Positions 10,492-21,002 of a stretch of 64,000 bases of DNA are shown here, one piece after another (the stretch's first letter is position 1; each line of letters opens with the position of its first letter). Both the position numbers and the translations under genes were made by a program. Origin of the DNA: Microcoleus sp. (GTDB taxonomy: Bacteria > Cyanobacteriota > Cyanobacteriia > Cyanobacteriales > Microcoleaceae); NCBI GenBank assembly GCA_052279835.1, contig CP181291.1, positions 4,352,001 through 4,416,000 of the forward strand. The letters are read 5' to 3'. The notes beneath the pieces were generated by a model. The model was not told the DNA's origin, ran no database searches, and worked only from the letters and a program-made list of their open reading frames with translations.

Positions 10492-10623
10492 TATAAAATC
10501 CTCTCTTCATCCTCCTGTATTAAACTCTCTCTTCTCTTCCTCTTTCCCCCCTTGGGGGGGGCAGGGGGGGGTCGTCCTTCGCGCCTTCGCGGTTAAATCA
10601 TTTCGATACAACCGGAATTGATA
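10492..10623. mobile_element. MITE inserted in CRISPR terminal repeat (TGA target duplication), with nested G-rich element
   Basis: Imperfect TIRs TATAAAATCC / GGAATTGATA with TGA on both sides. A sister copy without the nested element is at 12680-12783. Confidence 0.8.
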
Positions 10624-10646
10624 TGATTAAACCTTTGATGCCGTAA

Positions 10647-10747
10647 TATCGTTTCCAGTTAGATCGGAATGATTTAACCGCAGAGAACACAGAGGACACA
10701 GAGTCCGAGAGTGCATCTGAATAATTCAGATGCTACCGGATTGGATA
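10647..10747. mobile_element. Second MITE of the same family, opposite orientation, in CRISPR terminal repeat
   Basis: Ends TATCGTTTCC / GGATTGGATA flanked by TAA and TGA. The repeat resumes as GGCGTTCAACAC. Confidence 0.78.
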
Positions 10748-10799
10748 TGAGGCGTTCAACACAGCCTTGAGAAAAGACCCAAAACAGAAGCAGCAAGAC

Positions 10800-12167
10800 C
10801 TACAAATTACTGGCAATTAACTCACGGTACTGGCTTTTTGGCTTCACTCCTTTGAGCTCCGTCACCAGAGCCTTGTCCTTAAAATACTGAATCGTCGGTG
10901 TTCCCACCACACCAGCATTTTCCGCAATTTCTGGATCTTCTTCAATATCAATTTCCACGTAGTGAATTTTGCCATCAAACTCATCTACGACTTTGTTCAA
11001 AATCGGCTTGAGACTGTGACAAGGCCCACAACTAGGAGAAGCATATTTCACTACAATCAGTCGATCGCTATCATGGAACAACTTCCGCAAAGCATAAGCT
11101 CCTTCGTGTCGCGTCAGTTTGATATCAAAATTCTCGCTAGTTTCCCGCACTCTGGGAGTTTCCGCTACAGGTGCAGGAGTCTCCAATGACGACTCAGTTT
11201 GATGAAATTCCTGAGTTAAACCATTGGCCGAAAGCCACCTTTCTGCCAACATCGCACCCATACAACCACTACCGGCGGCGGTGATAGCTTGCCGAAACTC
11301 ATGGTCTTGGACATCGCCAACGGCGTAAACTCCCTCAACGCTGGTTTCTACCGAGCCATGTTTCGGCCTAATGTAGCCGATTTTGTCTAGTTCTAGCTGA
11401 CCTTGAAATAAACCAGTATTGGGAGTGTGACCGATCGCATAAAACAACCCATTCACGGGCAAATTACTTTCTGTCCCTGTTTCGGTATTTCTGACTGCAA
11501 TCCCTTCGAGCTTGCCGTTACCGTAAACATCCACAGGCTCAGTATTCCAGTGCACGGTAATTCTCGGATTGTTCAAAACCCGGTCTTGCATGGCTTTGCT
11601 CGCTCGCATGGACGACGAACGCACCAACATATGAACATGAGAACCATACTTGGTGAGATAAACTCCTTCTTCTGCTGCTGTGTCGCCACCACCAACTACT
11701 GCTAATTCTACGTTTTTGAATATCGGTGTAGCTCCGTCGCAAATCGCACAGGCAGATATGCCTAAATTCCAGTATTTTTCTTCGCTTGGTAGGTGCAGCC
11801 TTTTGGCTGTCGCGCCTGTAGCTATTACTATAGTGTGGGTTTTGATTTCTCGATCTTCCGATCGCACTGTAAACGGTCGCTGGCTCAAATCTACAAAAGT
11901 TACATCTTCTGTGTATAATTCTGCACCCCAACGCACGGCTTGAGCTTTCATCCGATCCATTAGTTCCGGCCCGGTGATACCTTCGGGGAAGCCGGGAAAG
12001 TTTTCTACTTCTGTGGTGGTCATCAGTTGCCCGCCGGGGACTCCTCCGCTTTGATACCCTTCAAAGACTACAGGCTTGAGATTGGCTCTCCCAGCGTAGA
12101 TGGCTGCTGTGTAGCCCGCAGGGCCTGAGCCGATAATGACTAGATTTTCTACGGTTTGTGTGGTCAT
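10800..12167 (-). CDS. ntrC: NADPH-thioredoxin reductase C (TrxB fused to thioredoxin)
   Basis: [13 protein letters not shown] motif, CAICD active site, C-terminal thioredoxin domain with CGPC. Confidence 0.95.
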   Translation of the reverse strand: MTTQTVENLVIIGSGPAGYTAAIYAGRANLKPVVFEGYQSGGVPGGQLMTTTEVENFPGFPEGITGPELMDRMKAQAVRWGAELYTEDVTFVDLSQRPFTVRSEDREIKTHTIVIATGATAKRLHLPSEEKYWNLGISACAICDGATPIFKNVELAVVGGGDTAAEEGVYLTKYGSHVHMLVRSSSMRASKAMQDRVLNNPRITVHWNTEPVDVYGNGKLEGIAVRNTETGTESNLPVNGLFYAIGHTPNTGLFQGQLELDKIGYIRPKHGSVETSVEGVYAVGDVQDHEFRQAITAAGSGCMGAMLAERWLSANGLTQEFHQTESSLETPAPVAETPRVRETSENFDIKLTRHEGAYALRKLFHDSDRLIVVKYASPSCGPCHSLKPILNKVVDEFDGKIHYVEIDIEEDPEIAENAGVVGTPTIQYFKDKALVTELKGVKPKSQYRELIASNL

Positions 12168-12679
12168 AGCTGTTTAGTCAAACTCATAACGACTTCGTTT
12201 AATCTCAATTATAACAAATAGGGGAAAAGTTGGATCGACCCTACTTAAAATTGTTGAGTAGTTGAGGGCGATCGGGACAACTCAAGTTAGTTAGATAAGC
12301 AAAAGCAATCTAACAGCAGATTTAGTTTTAAATGTTCGATCTAATTTTTGACCCCAAATCTTAAGAAAATCTAAAGACAGCCAAAATTATTGACATCATT
12401 CTCAATTATTTTACCTATTTACTTGTTTTGAGGCTTGTGGTACGATTTTCACAATCCAGGGGCATCATGACTAATTTGGATTTTTAACCCTGAAACTTTC
12501 TAAATTCGTAACATTAACCAACTCTTCCAATGTCAACAGTCATTTTTATAGACAAAAAATGCCCGATCGATGTTTAAGAATTGTAAAGCAAAATTGGCCT
12601 AATTTGACAAATAAGCATTATTGTGATAAGCAAAAGGCGATCGCGTGGCCAGGGAACAATAAACAAAACGCCTTGTTAA

Positions 12680-12783
12680 TCTAAAATCCACTCTTCATCA
12701 TCCTGTATTAAACACTCTCTTCTCTTCCTTCGCGTCCTTAGCGCCTTCGCGGTTAAATCATTCCAATACAACCGGAATTGATA
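12680..12783. mobile_element. MITE, same family as 10492-10623
   Basis: Near-identical sequence TCTAAAATCC..CTTCGCGGTTAAATCATT..ACAACCGGAATTGATA. Confidence 0.8.
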
Positions 12784-12937
12784 GGAAAACAAACCATCAA
12801 CTAAGTAAGTCCACTTAATTAAACGTAAGATACAGGTGGCTAAAAAGCTTGCTCTATGAGCCTTCTTCACATCGATCTTCCCCCCTTGGGGGGGGCAGGG
12901 GGGGGTGACTTCTTCCTTCTACTTAACAATTAAAATG

Positions 12938-12972
12938 TTGAGGGTCTAGCACGTCGGATGCCAGACCCTCAA
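12938..12972 (-). terminator. Strong hairpin, possible terminator of a minus-strand non-coding transcript
   Basis: TTGAGGGTCT-AGCA..TGCC-AGACCCTCAA stem, followed on the minus strand by CATTTT. Confidence 0.5.
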
Positions 12973-13386
12973 AGGTTTGTACTTTCAATAGATTCAAGTT
13001 ATTTTGAGCTTGCTCAAACTAAAGGTGGGCTTTTTTGGCAACTACTCTGCTCTGAGCTAGCTATTAGCGGAGTCTATTCAGACTTCTGTGTTTGACTGTC
13101 CGATCGCAACTTGTGCTTAAGAACTTTCGATTCTTAAAATCGCCTTAAGCTGACTAACTAATCCGATCGCCACATCAACCTTTCTTTGCTAATAAGCTAC
13201 AGGGTTCAGGGGCTGCCTGAGAACTAGAGACGATGAGGACAAATACTCTAATTCCAAATCTTTAATCCAAGTTATTTGTGCTGCTTGGCTTTGTCCTTCA
13301 TGTTCTTAAACTAACACAGACTTTCGGCAAAACATCAATTTCTTTACTAAACTTAATATTTTGAGGATGGCGATGAGATATCTCTA

Positions 13387-13507
13387 GGAAGCATCCCGAT
13401 TTTGCATAGGCTACAGCATGACCGCAGAGAATTTATTAGGGATAACCAGAGATTTACAGCCGTCATGCTTCGCCCCTACGAATATATTTGTAAAACACAG
13501 ATGCACC
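13387..13507. repeat. MITE-like GG(A/T)GCATC..GATGCACC element containing a GTAG-type REP doublet
   Basis: Second copy at 57513-57631. Inner inverted repeat GCATGACCGC..GTCATGCTTCGCCCCTAC. Confidence 0.8.
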
Positions 13508-13510
13508 TGT

Positions 13511-14195
13511 TTAGGGCGATCGCCATAAAACTGCCCAAGTCGCAGAGCCAACAATGCCATCGGCGGCTAGTTGAGATTGTCGCTGAGCAGCCTTGACCGC
13601 AGCTTGGGTTTCGCGGCCGAACACGCCGTCAACTCTCGATCGCAAAAACCCCTTGACCCGCAGTCGCTCTTGCAAATCTCTGACTGCTGTTCCCCGCATT
13701 CCTCTTTTCAAAACCGGAAAACTAGCTGCTGTCGGCTCAGGGTTAGTCTGAGGATTTTCGGCTGGGGGATTGTTGCTGTCGATCGTCCCGGCGATCGCGT
13801 CGGTAGTGGGAGGAAACAATCGATTCCAAGTATCTTGACCGACTATACCGTCGGGAGCCACCCCTGCGGTTTCCTGAAACTTGGACACGGCGGTGGCGGT
13901 GCTTTGGGAGAAAACCCCGTCTACATCGTCATCGTAAAATCCCAATAATTTCAGAGCCGCTTGGAGTTTCTCGCACTTCCGAACCCCGACTGCCTAAGCT
14001 GAGTGCGGGGCGAACGATGACACCTGTTTGAGCGATGATGTCGCTGCTGCGATCCCGATGGGAAGTTGCTGGGAGTGCCACAGCGGGAGTAGGGGCGATC
14101 GAACTAATTGCCACTAAACCGCACAAGCTCCAGATTCGGAGCCAACTCCTGATCTCGCGAGGGTGAATCCAGCTTGTTGTTAGATTTCGGCACAT
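13511..14195 (-). CDS. Secreted peptidoglycan-binding (two PG_binding_1 domains) protein, with an apparent +1 frameshift near 13967
   Basis: LSLGSRGSEVRE|LQAALKLLGFY..DGVF..TATAVSKFQ..DGIVGQDTW is restored by removing one A from minus-strand GAGAAACTCC. Second domain LKRGMRG..DGIVGSATW. Signal-like N-terminus. Confidence 0.85.
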
Positions 14196-14480
14196 TATTA
14201 ATTCGACCTTTGCAAAACTGGTAGCGATCGTACCTCAAATCTGGAAAAATAGGGAATTGGGCATTGGGCATCGGGTATGAAATTTATGCAAAAAATTTAT
14301 GTAAAAAACCCGGTTTCTATGAAAAATCGTGCATTTGTGCGACTGATATGCACCCAGAAACCGGGTTTTTGGCCCCGCTTGCTTCCTGGACTAGGGGAGC
14401 AATGCGTGACAGCTTCACCCAAAACTGTTAGATTTCCCTACAACAGACATTGAACCGCGTTCATTGGGTCCTGCAACACC

Positions 14481-16412
14481 ATGTCCGAATCGACCAATAT
14501 CACCAGAAACGCCAGCCAAATAGACATCACCAACGTCAATATCGGCAACTTCCAAGTCGGCACCATCAGTGGCAACAAATACAACGACCTTAATGCCAAC
14601 GGCCGTCCCGATCCGGGAGAATTCCCACTGCCTAACTGGCAAATCTACCTTGACCTGAACAATAACCAGAGGTTGGATGTTAACGAACCTTCCACCTTCA
14701 CCAATAGCCAAGGCAACTACATCTTTGCCAACTTACCAGCGGGAGTCTACCAAGTTAGAGAAGTTCAGCAACCTAATTTTCGCCAAACTACGCCTAACCC
14801 ACCACCGATCGGCATCACCAGCGGGACAAATGTCACCAGCATCAATTTTGGTAACAACTTCAACGCCGGGACGATCGCGGGTACAAAATTCAACGACATT
14901 AACAGAAATGGCAACATCGACCCCGGAGAACAGCCCTTAGCTAACTGGCAAATTTACCTCGACCTCAACCGCAACAACAGGCTCGACGGTGGCGAACCTG
15001 TGACACTGACTAACCTGCAAGGTAATTACGCCTTTGTCAATATTCCGGCAGATACATATTTGGTGAGAGAAGTCCAGCAGCCCGGTTTTCGGCAAACCAC
15101 GCCCAACCCAGGCCCGATTACTGTGACTTCCAACGCCACAATTAACAATGTCAATTTTGGGAATATTTTTTTTGTCGGCAACATCAGTGGCATCAAATAC
15201 AATGACCTAAATTTCAACGCCATCCGAGATGCGACGGACCCGCCCTTAGCCAACTGGCAAATTTATATTGACCTCAACAGAAACGGCAGGCTGGACGCTG
15301 GCGAACCGAATACTTTCACAAAACCTGATGGCAGCTATAATTTTATAAATGTTGACCCCGGCAACTATTTGGTGAGGGAAGTGCAACAACCGGGATGGGT
15401 ACAGACTACCCCAAATCCGAGCGCGATCGAGATTACGGGCGGTACTAACGCAGCCGGGATCAATTTCGGGAACAATTTTCCCACTGGTAGCATCAGTGGG
15501 TTCAAATTCAACGACCTCAACGCCAACGGTATCTACGAACCAACGGAGCCCAAAGTTGCCAACTGGCCGATTTACATCGACCTCAACGACAATAACAGGC
15601 TAGAGTCCAATGAGCCTTCCACTATCACTAATCCCCAGGGCAATTTTTCTTTCATCAATTTGCCCCCAGGCCGTTATTTAGTGAAGGAAGTTCCGCAGCC
15701 CGGTTTTCGGCAAACTACCCCCAATCCTACTCCGATATTTGTCACTAACGGTACTAACGCCACTAACCTCAGCTTTGGGAATGTGTTTGCTACGGGTACG
15801 ATTAGCGGTTTCAAATTCAATGATTTTAATGCTAACGGTCGTATCGATCCGGGGGAACCGCCGATTCCCAATACCCAAATTTACATTGACCTGAATAACA
15901 ACAACCGTTTAGAACCAGGGGAAGCAACTACCTTTACTGACTCCCAAGGTAGCTACAGTTTCCGCAATGTTCCTGTGGGTACTTATGTTCTCAGGGAAGT
16001 AACGCCACCTGGTTTTATTCAAACTACTCCCTTGGCTGTGGTGACAGTTTCTACCGATGTCAGGGCTAGCAGCATTGATTTGTTGACGGGAGATGCTGTG
16101 GAGAGATCTGCGATGTCTTTCCCTGGCGACTCGCTCACGGGGACTGACGGCTATGCAGGCGATGTGTCTGCAAGCGGCGAAAGGTTGGCAGAAAGTTGGC
16201 TTTTGAGTCAGGAAGATGGTACTTATCAAAGCAGTTATTTGGCGATCGATCGCTCTGTTGCCAGTTTAGGTGCTGTTGCTAGCTTTGACCCACAGAATGT
16301 CAGTCGGGAACCATATTCAGAAATCAACCAAATTGTCAATACCAATGACAAAATGAATTGGGCGATCGGTGACTTATCTGTGACAATGGGGGCGATCGGT
16401 AAGTCAAGTTAA
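14481..16412 (+). CDS. SdrD-B/CnaB-like repeat surface protein (5 repeats of about 103 aa)
   Basis: Five GxIxGxK(Y/F)NDxNxN..IYxDLNxNxRL..Y.(V/L)(R/K)EV..QTTP units with DxNxNG Ca-binding-type loops. Confidence 0.85.
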   Translation: MSESTNITRNASQIDITNVNIGNFQVGTISGNKYNDLNANGRPDPGEFPLPNWQIYLDLNNNQRLDVNEPSTFTNSQGNYIFANLPAGVYQVREVQQPNFRQTTPNPPPIGITSGTNVTSINFGNNFNAGTIAGTKFNDINRNGNIDPGEQPLANWQIYLDLNRNNRLDGGEPVTLTNLQGNYAFVNIPADTYLVREVQQPGFRQTTPNPGPITVTSNATINNVNFGNIFFVGNISGIKYNDLNFNAIRDATDPPLANWQIYIDLNRNGRLDAGEPNTFTKPDGSYNFINVDPGNYLVREVQQPGWVQTTPNPSAIEITGGTNAAGINFGNNFPTGSISGFKFNDLNANGIYEPTEPKVANWPIYIDLNDNNRLESNEPSTITNPQGNFSFINLPPGRYLVKEVPQPGFRQTTPNPTPIFVTNGTNATNLSFGNVFATGTISGFKFNDFNANGRIDPGEPPIPNTQIYIDLNNNNRLEPGEATTFTDSQGSYSFRNVPVGTYVLREVTPPGFIQTTPLAVVTVSTDVRASSIDLLTGDAVERSAMSFPGDSLTGTDGYAGDVSASGERLAESWLLSQEDGTYQSSYLAIDRSVASLGAVASFDPQNVSREPYSEINQIVNTNDKMNWAIGDLSVTMGAIGKSS

Positions 16413-16764
16413 TGAGTAAAATGCCATGTTACAGCCCCAAATTACCCAAAAAATAGGGGTCGTCGGTAATTTTTGGGAGGTGCGCTTGCTGGAAAATACG
16501 GCAATTTGAAGGGGAAACGGCAGCAGGAGTTAGCAGTGGCAAACCCCACTAAAAACTCAGGAACACATTAAATCGCGATCGCGTGATACTCTATTGTTGG
16601 CAACTTCCAACACTCAAGCCAGAGTTCCGGGAACCCCGAAGCTTGGTTGTAGATTGGGAGCAAGATTCTGAGAGAGTCTGAGCCATTTTAAAGATAGAAA
16701 AATTAGTGACCTAGGGGCAGAGGAACTGGACGCGCAAGTCTTAAAGATCGGCGCTCAAATTACC

Positions 16765-16960
16765 AGATTTCTTCAAAACCTGATATAATTGCCAGCGACA
16801 AAGCTTAAGGCTTTGTTGTGTGAAAAGCCTCGTTGGAAAAAGTAAGGCAAGTTCTGCCTGACGTTAAGCCTGTGGACTGGTAGGAGCCGACTCCCCAGAG
16901 TGAAGCAGGAAGTGAATTTCAGCTTACAATCAGTAGGTTTGAGTAAGTTTCACAGAACGG
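16765..16960 (+). mobile_element. Non-autonomous IS607-family element (ends plus tnpB 3'/omegaRNA region)
   Basis: Left-end-like AGATTTCTTCAAAACCTGATATAAT. Core GCCTGTGGACTGGTAGGAGCCGACTCCCCAGAGTGAAGCAGGAA resembles IS607 tnpB tails. Right end GTAGGTTTGAGTAAGTTTCACAGAACGG has repeated TARGTTT motifs. Confidence 0.7.
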
Positions 16961-17090
16961 AACATTGCCTCAAGCGCAGACATATGTAAAATCGAATAGC
17001 GGTTGTCAGCTATCAGCAAAAGCTGTTGGTCATTGACAAACCCATACAATAGTCTGTAATTTACGTGGATTTAGGTGTGAAGGAGAAATC

Positions 17091-19619
17091 ATGGAATTAG
17101 AATTAGATAATGAGCTACGCAGTGCCCTTCAATTACAGCCAGTTGTGGTTGGGAATGCTGGCCCGGCAATTTTAGGGCTCAAGTTCAATGACTTGAACGG
17201 CGACGGTATCCGGCAGTCCAATGAACCAGGCCTAGCAAACATCCCCATCCTCCTGGAACCAGCCATCAGCAGCAACGGCCAATTCAATGCAGCTAACGGA
17301 GATATATCCGTCCTGACAGACGCTAACGGTGGGTTCTCATTCATAAATCTTGTTCCTGGGAATTACGTAATTACCGAAACAGTACCTGCTGGTTCCCGCC
17401 CTACTACTCCCAACCCCCTCGCTGTTAACGTTGGAAACGCCAATGTCAACGTTTTCTTTGGTAACACCACAGTTACAGGTAGCCGGATCGTTGGATGCAA
17501 ATATCTAGACTTAGATGGCGACGGCTTTCGAGATGGTGATGAACCGGGCATTAAAAATGTCAGAATATATCTCGATGGCAGCAACGGTAGCGTCCCCAAC
17601 GGGCAATTCGATGCAGGGGAACTTAACACCCTCACCGACAAAAACGGTGCATGGTCCTTCAACGTCACACCCGGAAGCTACAAAGTTAGGGAAGAACGGA
17701 TCAGACCCGCAGTTCCTGCCAATGTCAACGGAGTAGAAGTTAATGCTACGAACGCAGAACCCTTAGAAACAAGGGATTTTCTCCAAAGCACCCCGCCTAA
17801 TAACATTCCGCTACTAGATGTAACAGTAGCTGCGGGTCAAACTTTTGCCTGTGCTCAAGTTGGTGACACCCCGCTTTATCAAATTGAAATTAACAAGTTT
17901 CGAGACATAGACCGCAACGGTTCCCGAAATGTGGTCAATGGAGTTTTGGAACCCCCCATTGCTCGCGTACCCTTCATTTTAGATTTAAATAACAACGGTC
18001 GCTGGGATTCAACCACTGAACCCATTGCACTCACCGATGTCAACGGAGTCGCTACCTTCAAGGATTTGCGAGCTGGCAATTACCCAGTATTGGAAATTTT
18101 TCCAGCCACATTGCCAGATGGCAGTGCTCCTGGCAACCTGAATGCTCCCGTCTCAACTACTCCTAACCCCGTTGTGATTTCGGCACCAGGTCCCCAAGCA
18201 CGATTTCAGGGTACTATCAGCAAAGAGCAACCGCTGATTGTAGCAGACTCAACCTATACACTGAAGCCAAACGATCCTAAGTTCGTAGATACTAACCGTG
18301 ACGGCACCCAACAGGTCGGGGAAAGATCCATTGCAACAACTGGTGAGCGGCCGATTTTTGCAGCGCCAACAAACACTTTACCAGCGCGTAACCCTTCACC
18401 GTCACTGACGTTTTCTCCTGTGGGGGTTAATGCTGGCAATGACACCAATAGTCCTGTGGGCAACACTCGACCCAACATCAATATCTTCAAATACAATGAC
18501 CTGAATGCCAACGGTCGCTACGAACCAACTCAGGGTGAAGCACCTATAAGTGGTGTTAATGTGTTCCTCGACACCAACAATGATGGGGTTGCCAACGCCG
18601 GAGAAGCACAACTACAGACTAATGCCCAAGGGAGAGCAGCATTTACCAACTTGGCTCCCGGCAATTACACAGTGCGGGAAGTAGTACCGGCAAATTTCTC
18701 GGCTTCTACACCTGTTAGCGTTCCGGTGACTGTGGGTACTCAGGATGCCAACGTTACTTTTGCCAACACACCCAACAGCAACATCACTGGTTGCAAATTC
18801 GAGGATTTGAACCTCAACGGCTATCGAGATGGAAATGAACCGGCTATTCCTGGTGTCACCATTTTTATTGATACCAATGGCGACGGTCAGTTACAGTCAA
18901 CAGAACCGACTACTACGACCAATCAGTTTGGTGTCTTTGCATTCAACAATTTAGCCCCTGGTAATTACAAGATTCGAGAAGTAACTCCTCCTGGTTATTT
19001 CCAAACGACTCAACCTGTGGATGTTGTTCTCGGTGCCAATCAAACCTTTACCTGTGCTTTGGTCGGTAACTCTCGTCGCTATGATTTGTTAGTTCCTAAA
19101 TTCCGGGACGATAACCGTAACGGTGTACGGGATGCCAACGAACTTCCTCTAGAAGGTGTTCCATTTACTTTGGATTTGAACCGGAACGGTCGTTATGATG
19201 CAGCCACCGAACCGCTAGTCAGAACTGATGCCCAAGGTATTGCTCGCTTTACCGATTTGTCTCCGGCTAATTACTCGGTTTTGGAAGTCTTCAACGTGGC
19301 TTCTGTTCCCAACCCGTTCCCCATCCCAACAGGTCCTAACCCCGTTAACTTTAATGTGCCGGGTCCGAACACAGTGCCTTCGCCAGTTCGTACAGCAAGG
19401 AGTGTTTCTAGCCTCGATCCTCTGACTGAAGGTGGACTTGATGCTACGATTATGGCCAGCAGCATTGATACCAGCTTGATCGCAGGTGAAAATGCAGGTA
19501 TCAGCTTTGTTGATGACATGAGCTTGAGCCGCACAGCGAGTGCACTAACTGTAGTGTTACCTGAAGATAAGAAGGATTTACTCTTAGGCGCTCCTGCTAC
19601 TTCTCCGATTGGTTTCTAA
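17091..19619 (+). CDS. SdrD-B-like repeat surface protein (two copies of a three-domain block)
   Basis: K(F/Y)NDLN / GCKxxDL / KFRD domain triad occurs twice. Paired Cys (GCK..TFxCA) and DxNxNG loops. Confidence 0.82.
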   Translation: MELELDNELRSALQLQPVVVGNAGPAILGLKFNDLNGDGIRQSNEPGLANIPILLEPAISSNGQFNAANGDISVLTDANGGFSFINLVPGNYVITETVPAGSRPTTPNPLAVNVGNANVNVFFGNTTVTGSRIVGCKYLDLDGDGFRDGDEPGIKNVRIYLDGSNGSVPNGQFDAGELNTLTDKNGAWSFNVTPGSYKVREERIRPAVPANVNGVEVNATNAEPLETRDFLQSTPPNNIPLLDVTVAAGQTFACAQVGDTPLYQIEINKFRDIDRNGSRNVVNGVLEPPIARVPFILDLNNNGRWDSTTEPIALTDVNGVATFKDLRAGNYPVLEIFPATLPDGSAPGNLNAPVSTTPNPVVISAPGPQARFQGTISKEQPLIVADSTYTLKPNDPKFVDTNRDGTQQVGERSIATTGERPIFAAPTNTLPARNPSPSLTFSPVGVNAGNDTNSPVGNTRPNINIFKYNDLNANGRYEPTQGEAPISGVNVFLDTNNDGVANAGEAQLQTNAQGRAAFTNLAPGNYTVREVVPANFSASTPVSVPVTVGTQDANVTFANTPNSNITGCKFEDLNLNGYRDGNEPAIPGVTIFIDTNGDGQLQSTEPTTTTNQFGVFAFNNLAPGNYKIREVTPPGYFQTTQPVDVVLGANQTFTCALVGNSRRYDLLVPKFRDDNRNGVRDANELPLEGVPFTLDLNRNGRYDAATEPLVRTDAQGIARFTDLSPANYSVLEVFNVASVPNPFPIPTGPNPVNFNVPGPNTVPSPVRTARSVSSLDPLTEGGLDATIMASSIDTSLIAGENAGISFVDDMSLSRTASALTVVLPEDKKDLLLGAPATSPIGF

Positions 19620-19672
19620 TGTTAAGTTGAGTCTCTAGTTTGAGATTCAACTATTAGCTAGTAGCTAGTTTC

Positions 19673-19705
19673 AAAAGCACGTCAACATATGTTGACGTGC
19701 TTTTT
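19673..19705 (+). terminator. Intrinsic terminator (perfect palindrome)
   Basis: AAAAGCACGTCAACATATGTTGACGTGCTTTTT, about 55 bp after the stop. Confidence 0.75.
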
Positions 19706-19838
19706 GCTGTGGCGATCGCAGCCAGCGGTTTCTGCCGGATAAAACAGTCTTTAGTAGTAGGACACGATCTGCAAAAAGAGCGATTCCCACTATATAAAAT
19801 ACCTTTATATCTAAATGTAGAACTTAAAGGATTTTTTT

Positions 19839-20699
19839 ATGCCAACCAAACAGAAGACTAATCCGGCTCAACATCAACCACAGCAGCCCGGTGTGGAATC
19901 CCAAATGACCCCGCCACCTCAATCCTTCGCTACCGAATATCGTGGTAGTGACAAATTGCGGGATAAAGTAGCGCTAATTACAGGCGGAGACAGCGGTATC
20001 GGGCGGGCGGTGGCCCTGGCTTTTGCCAAAGAAGGCGCAGACGTAGCCATTGCTTATCTCAGCGAAGATGAAGATGCCAAAAAAACCCAAGAGGCGATCG
20101 AAAAACAAGGCCGCCGCTGCATTTCCCTCTCCGGTGACATTGGCGACGAAAGCATCTGCCAAAATCTTGTAGAACAAACAGTTAAAAGCTTCGGACAACT
20201 GGATATCCTCGTCAACAACGCCGCTGAACAACATCCCCAAGAAAGCATCGAAGACATTACTGCCGAACAATTAGAGCGTACCTTCCGCACCAACATTTTT
20301 TCAATGTTTTACCTCACCAAAGCCGCTCTCAAATACCTTAAAGAGGGAAGTGCTATCATCAACACTACCTCTGTCACCGCTTACAAAGGCAATCAACAAT
20401 TGCTAGATTACTCCTCGACAAAAGGAGCAATTGTTGCCTTTACTCGTTCTTTGTCCCAGAGTTTGGCAGAAAAAGGAATTCGGGTCAACGGAGTAGCCCC
20501 CGGTCCGATTTGGACTCCTCTAATTCCTTCCACTTTCCCCGAAGAAAAGGTGGAGAAATTTGGTGCTGATACGCCCTTGGGACGCGCTGGTCAACCCGAT
20601 GAAGTTGCTCCTAGTTACGTGTTTTTAGCTTCTAAAGACTCGTCTTATATGACTGGTCAAATTTTGCATCCCAATGGTGGGTCTGTAATTAATGGCTAG
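19839..20699 (+). CDS. SDR oxidoreductase, YhdF/general stress protein 39-like
   Basis: TGGDSGIG, NNAAEQH, YSSTKG, VAPGPIWTPLIP. Confidence 0.92.
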   Translation: MPTKQKTNPAQHQPQQPGVESQMTPPPQSFATEYRGSDKLRDKVALITGGDSGIGRAVALAFAKEGADVAIAYLSEDEDAKKTQEAIEKQGRRCISLSGDIGDESICQNLVEQTVKSFGQLDILVNNAAEQHPQESIEDITAEQLERTFRTNIFSMFYLTKAALKYLKEGSAIINTTSVTAYKGNQQLLDYSSTKGAIVAFTRSLSQSLAEKGIRVNGVAPGPIWTPLIPSTFPEEKVEKFGADTPLGRAGQPDEVAPSYVFLASKDSSYMTGQILHPNGGSVING

Positions 20700-20712
20700 T
20701 TATTATGACCCG

Positions 20713-20859
20713 GCGGTTGAAACCGCTGCTATACAAACAAAATCGGCCTACGCCGATTAAAGAATAAAGGGGGTATTATACCAATTTCCGGTTTCCGGCA
20801 CTCTTTATAAATCAGTCGGCGTAGGCCGACTTTGTTTTTGTAGACGCGGTTTCAACCGC
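20713..20859. repeat. Multi-hairpin palindromic repeat element, overlapped by a TACCAA..TTGGTA MITE-like unit (about 20779-20896)
   Basis: GCGGTTGAAACCGC and GCGGTTTCAACCGC terminal hairpins, inner TCGGCCTACGCCGA / TCGGCGTAGGCCGA hairpins, complementary linkers. Confidence 0.75.
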
Positions 20860-21002
20860 GCCCGTCATCAAGGGGATATCTAACCCGGATTTGGTATTGT
20901 AAAACTTCATTGAGTTTATAAGCAATTATAAACAATAATGGTATTATATTGTTGTGAGTGTTGAACAAAGAATACGCATAGCCCAAAAAACGCAAGTCTC
21001 AA

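Larger units (their letters stand above)
9991..10762 (+). CRISPR. CRISPR array: 7 identical 36-bp repeats, 1 interrupted terminal repeat, 7 spacers; type I-MYXAN/I-B-like; no cas genes in window
   Basis: GTGATTAAACCTTTGATGCCGTAAGGCGTTGAGCAC at 9991, 10061, 10131, 10204, 10276, 10345 and 10417. Spacers are 34, 34, 37, 36, 33, 36 and 35 bp. The 8th repeat lies in three pieces across 10488-10762. Confidence 0.97.

Noticed and set aside
9539..10747. CRISPR array mobilised as a MITE-bounded composite transposon
   Set aside because: The last 12 bp of the terminal repeat lie outside the right-hand MITE, so that MITE inserted in situ.
16530..16750. c-di-GMP riboswitch upstream of the SdrD-like gene
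   Set aside because: GGCAAACC and GGACGC fragments are too far apart and the GAAA stem is missing.
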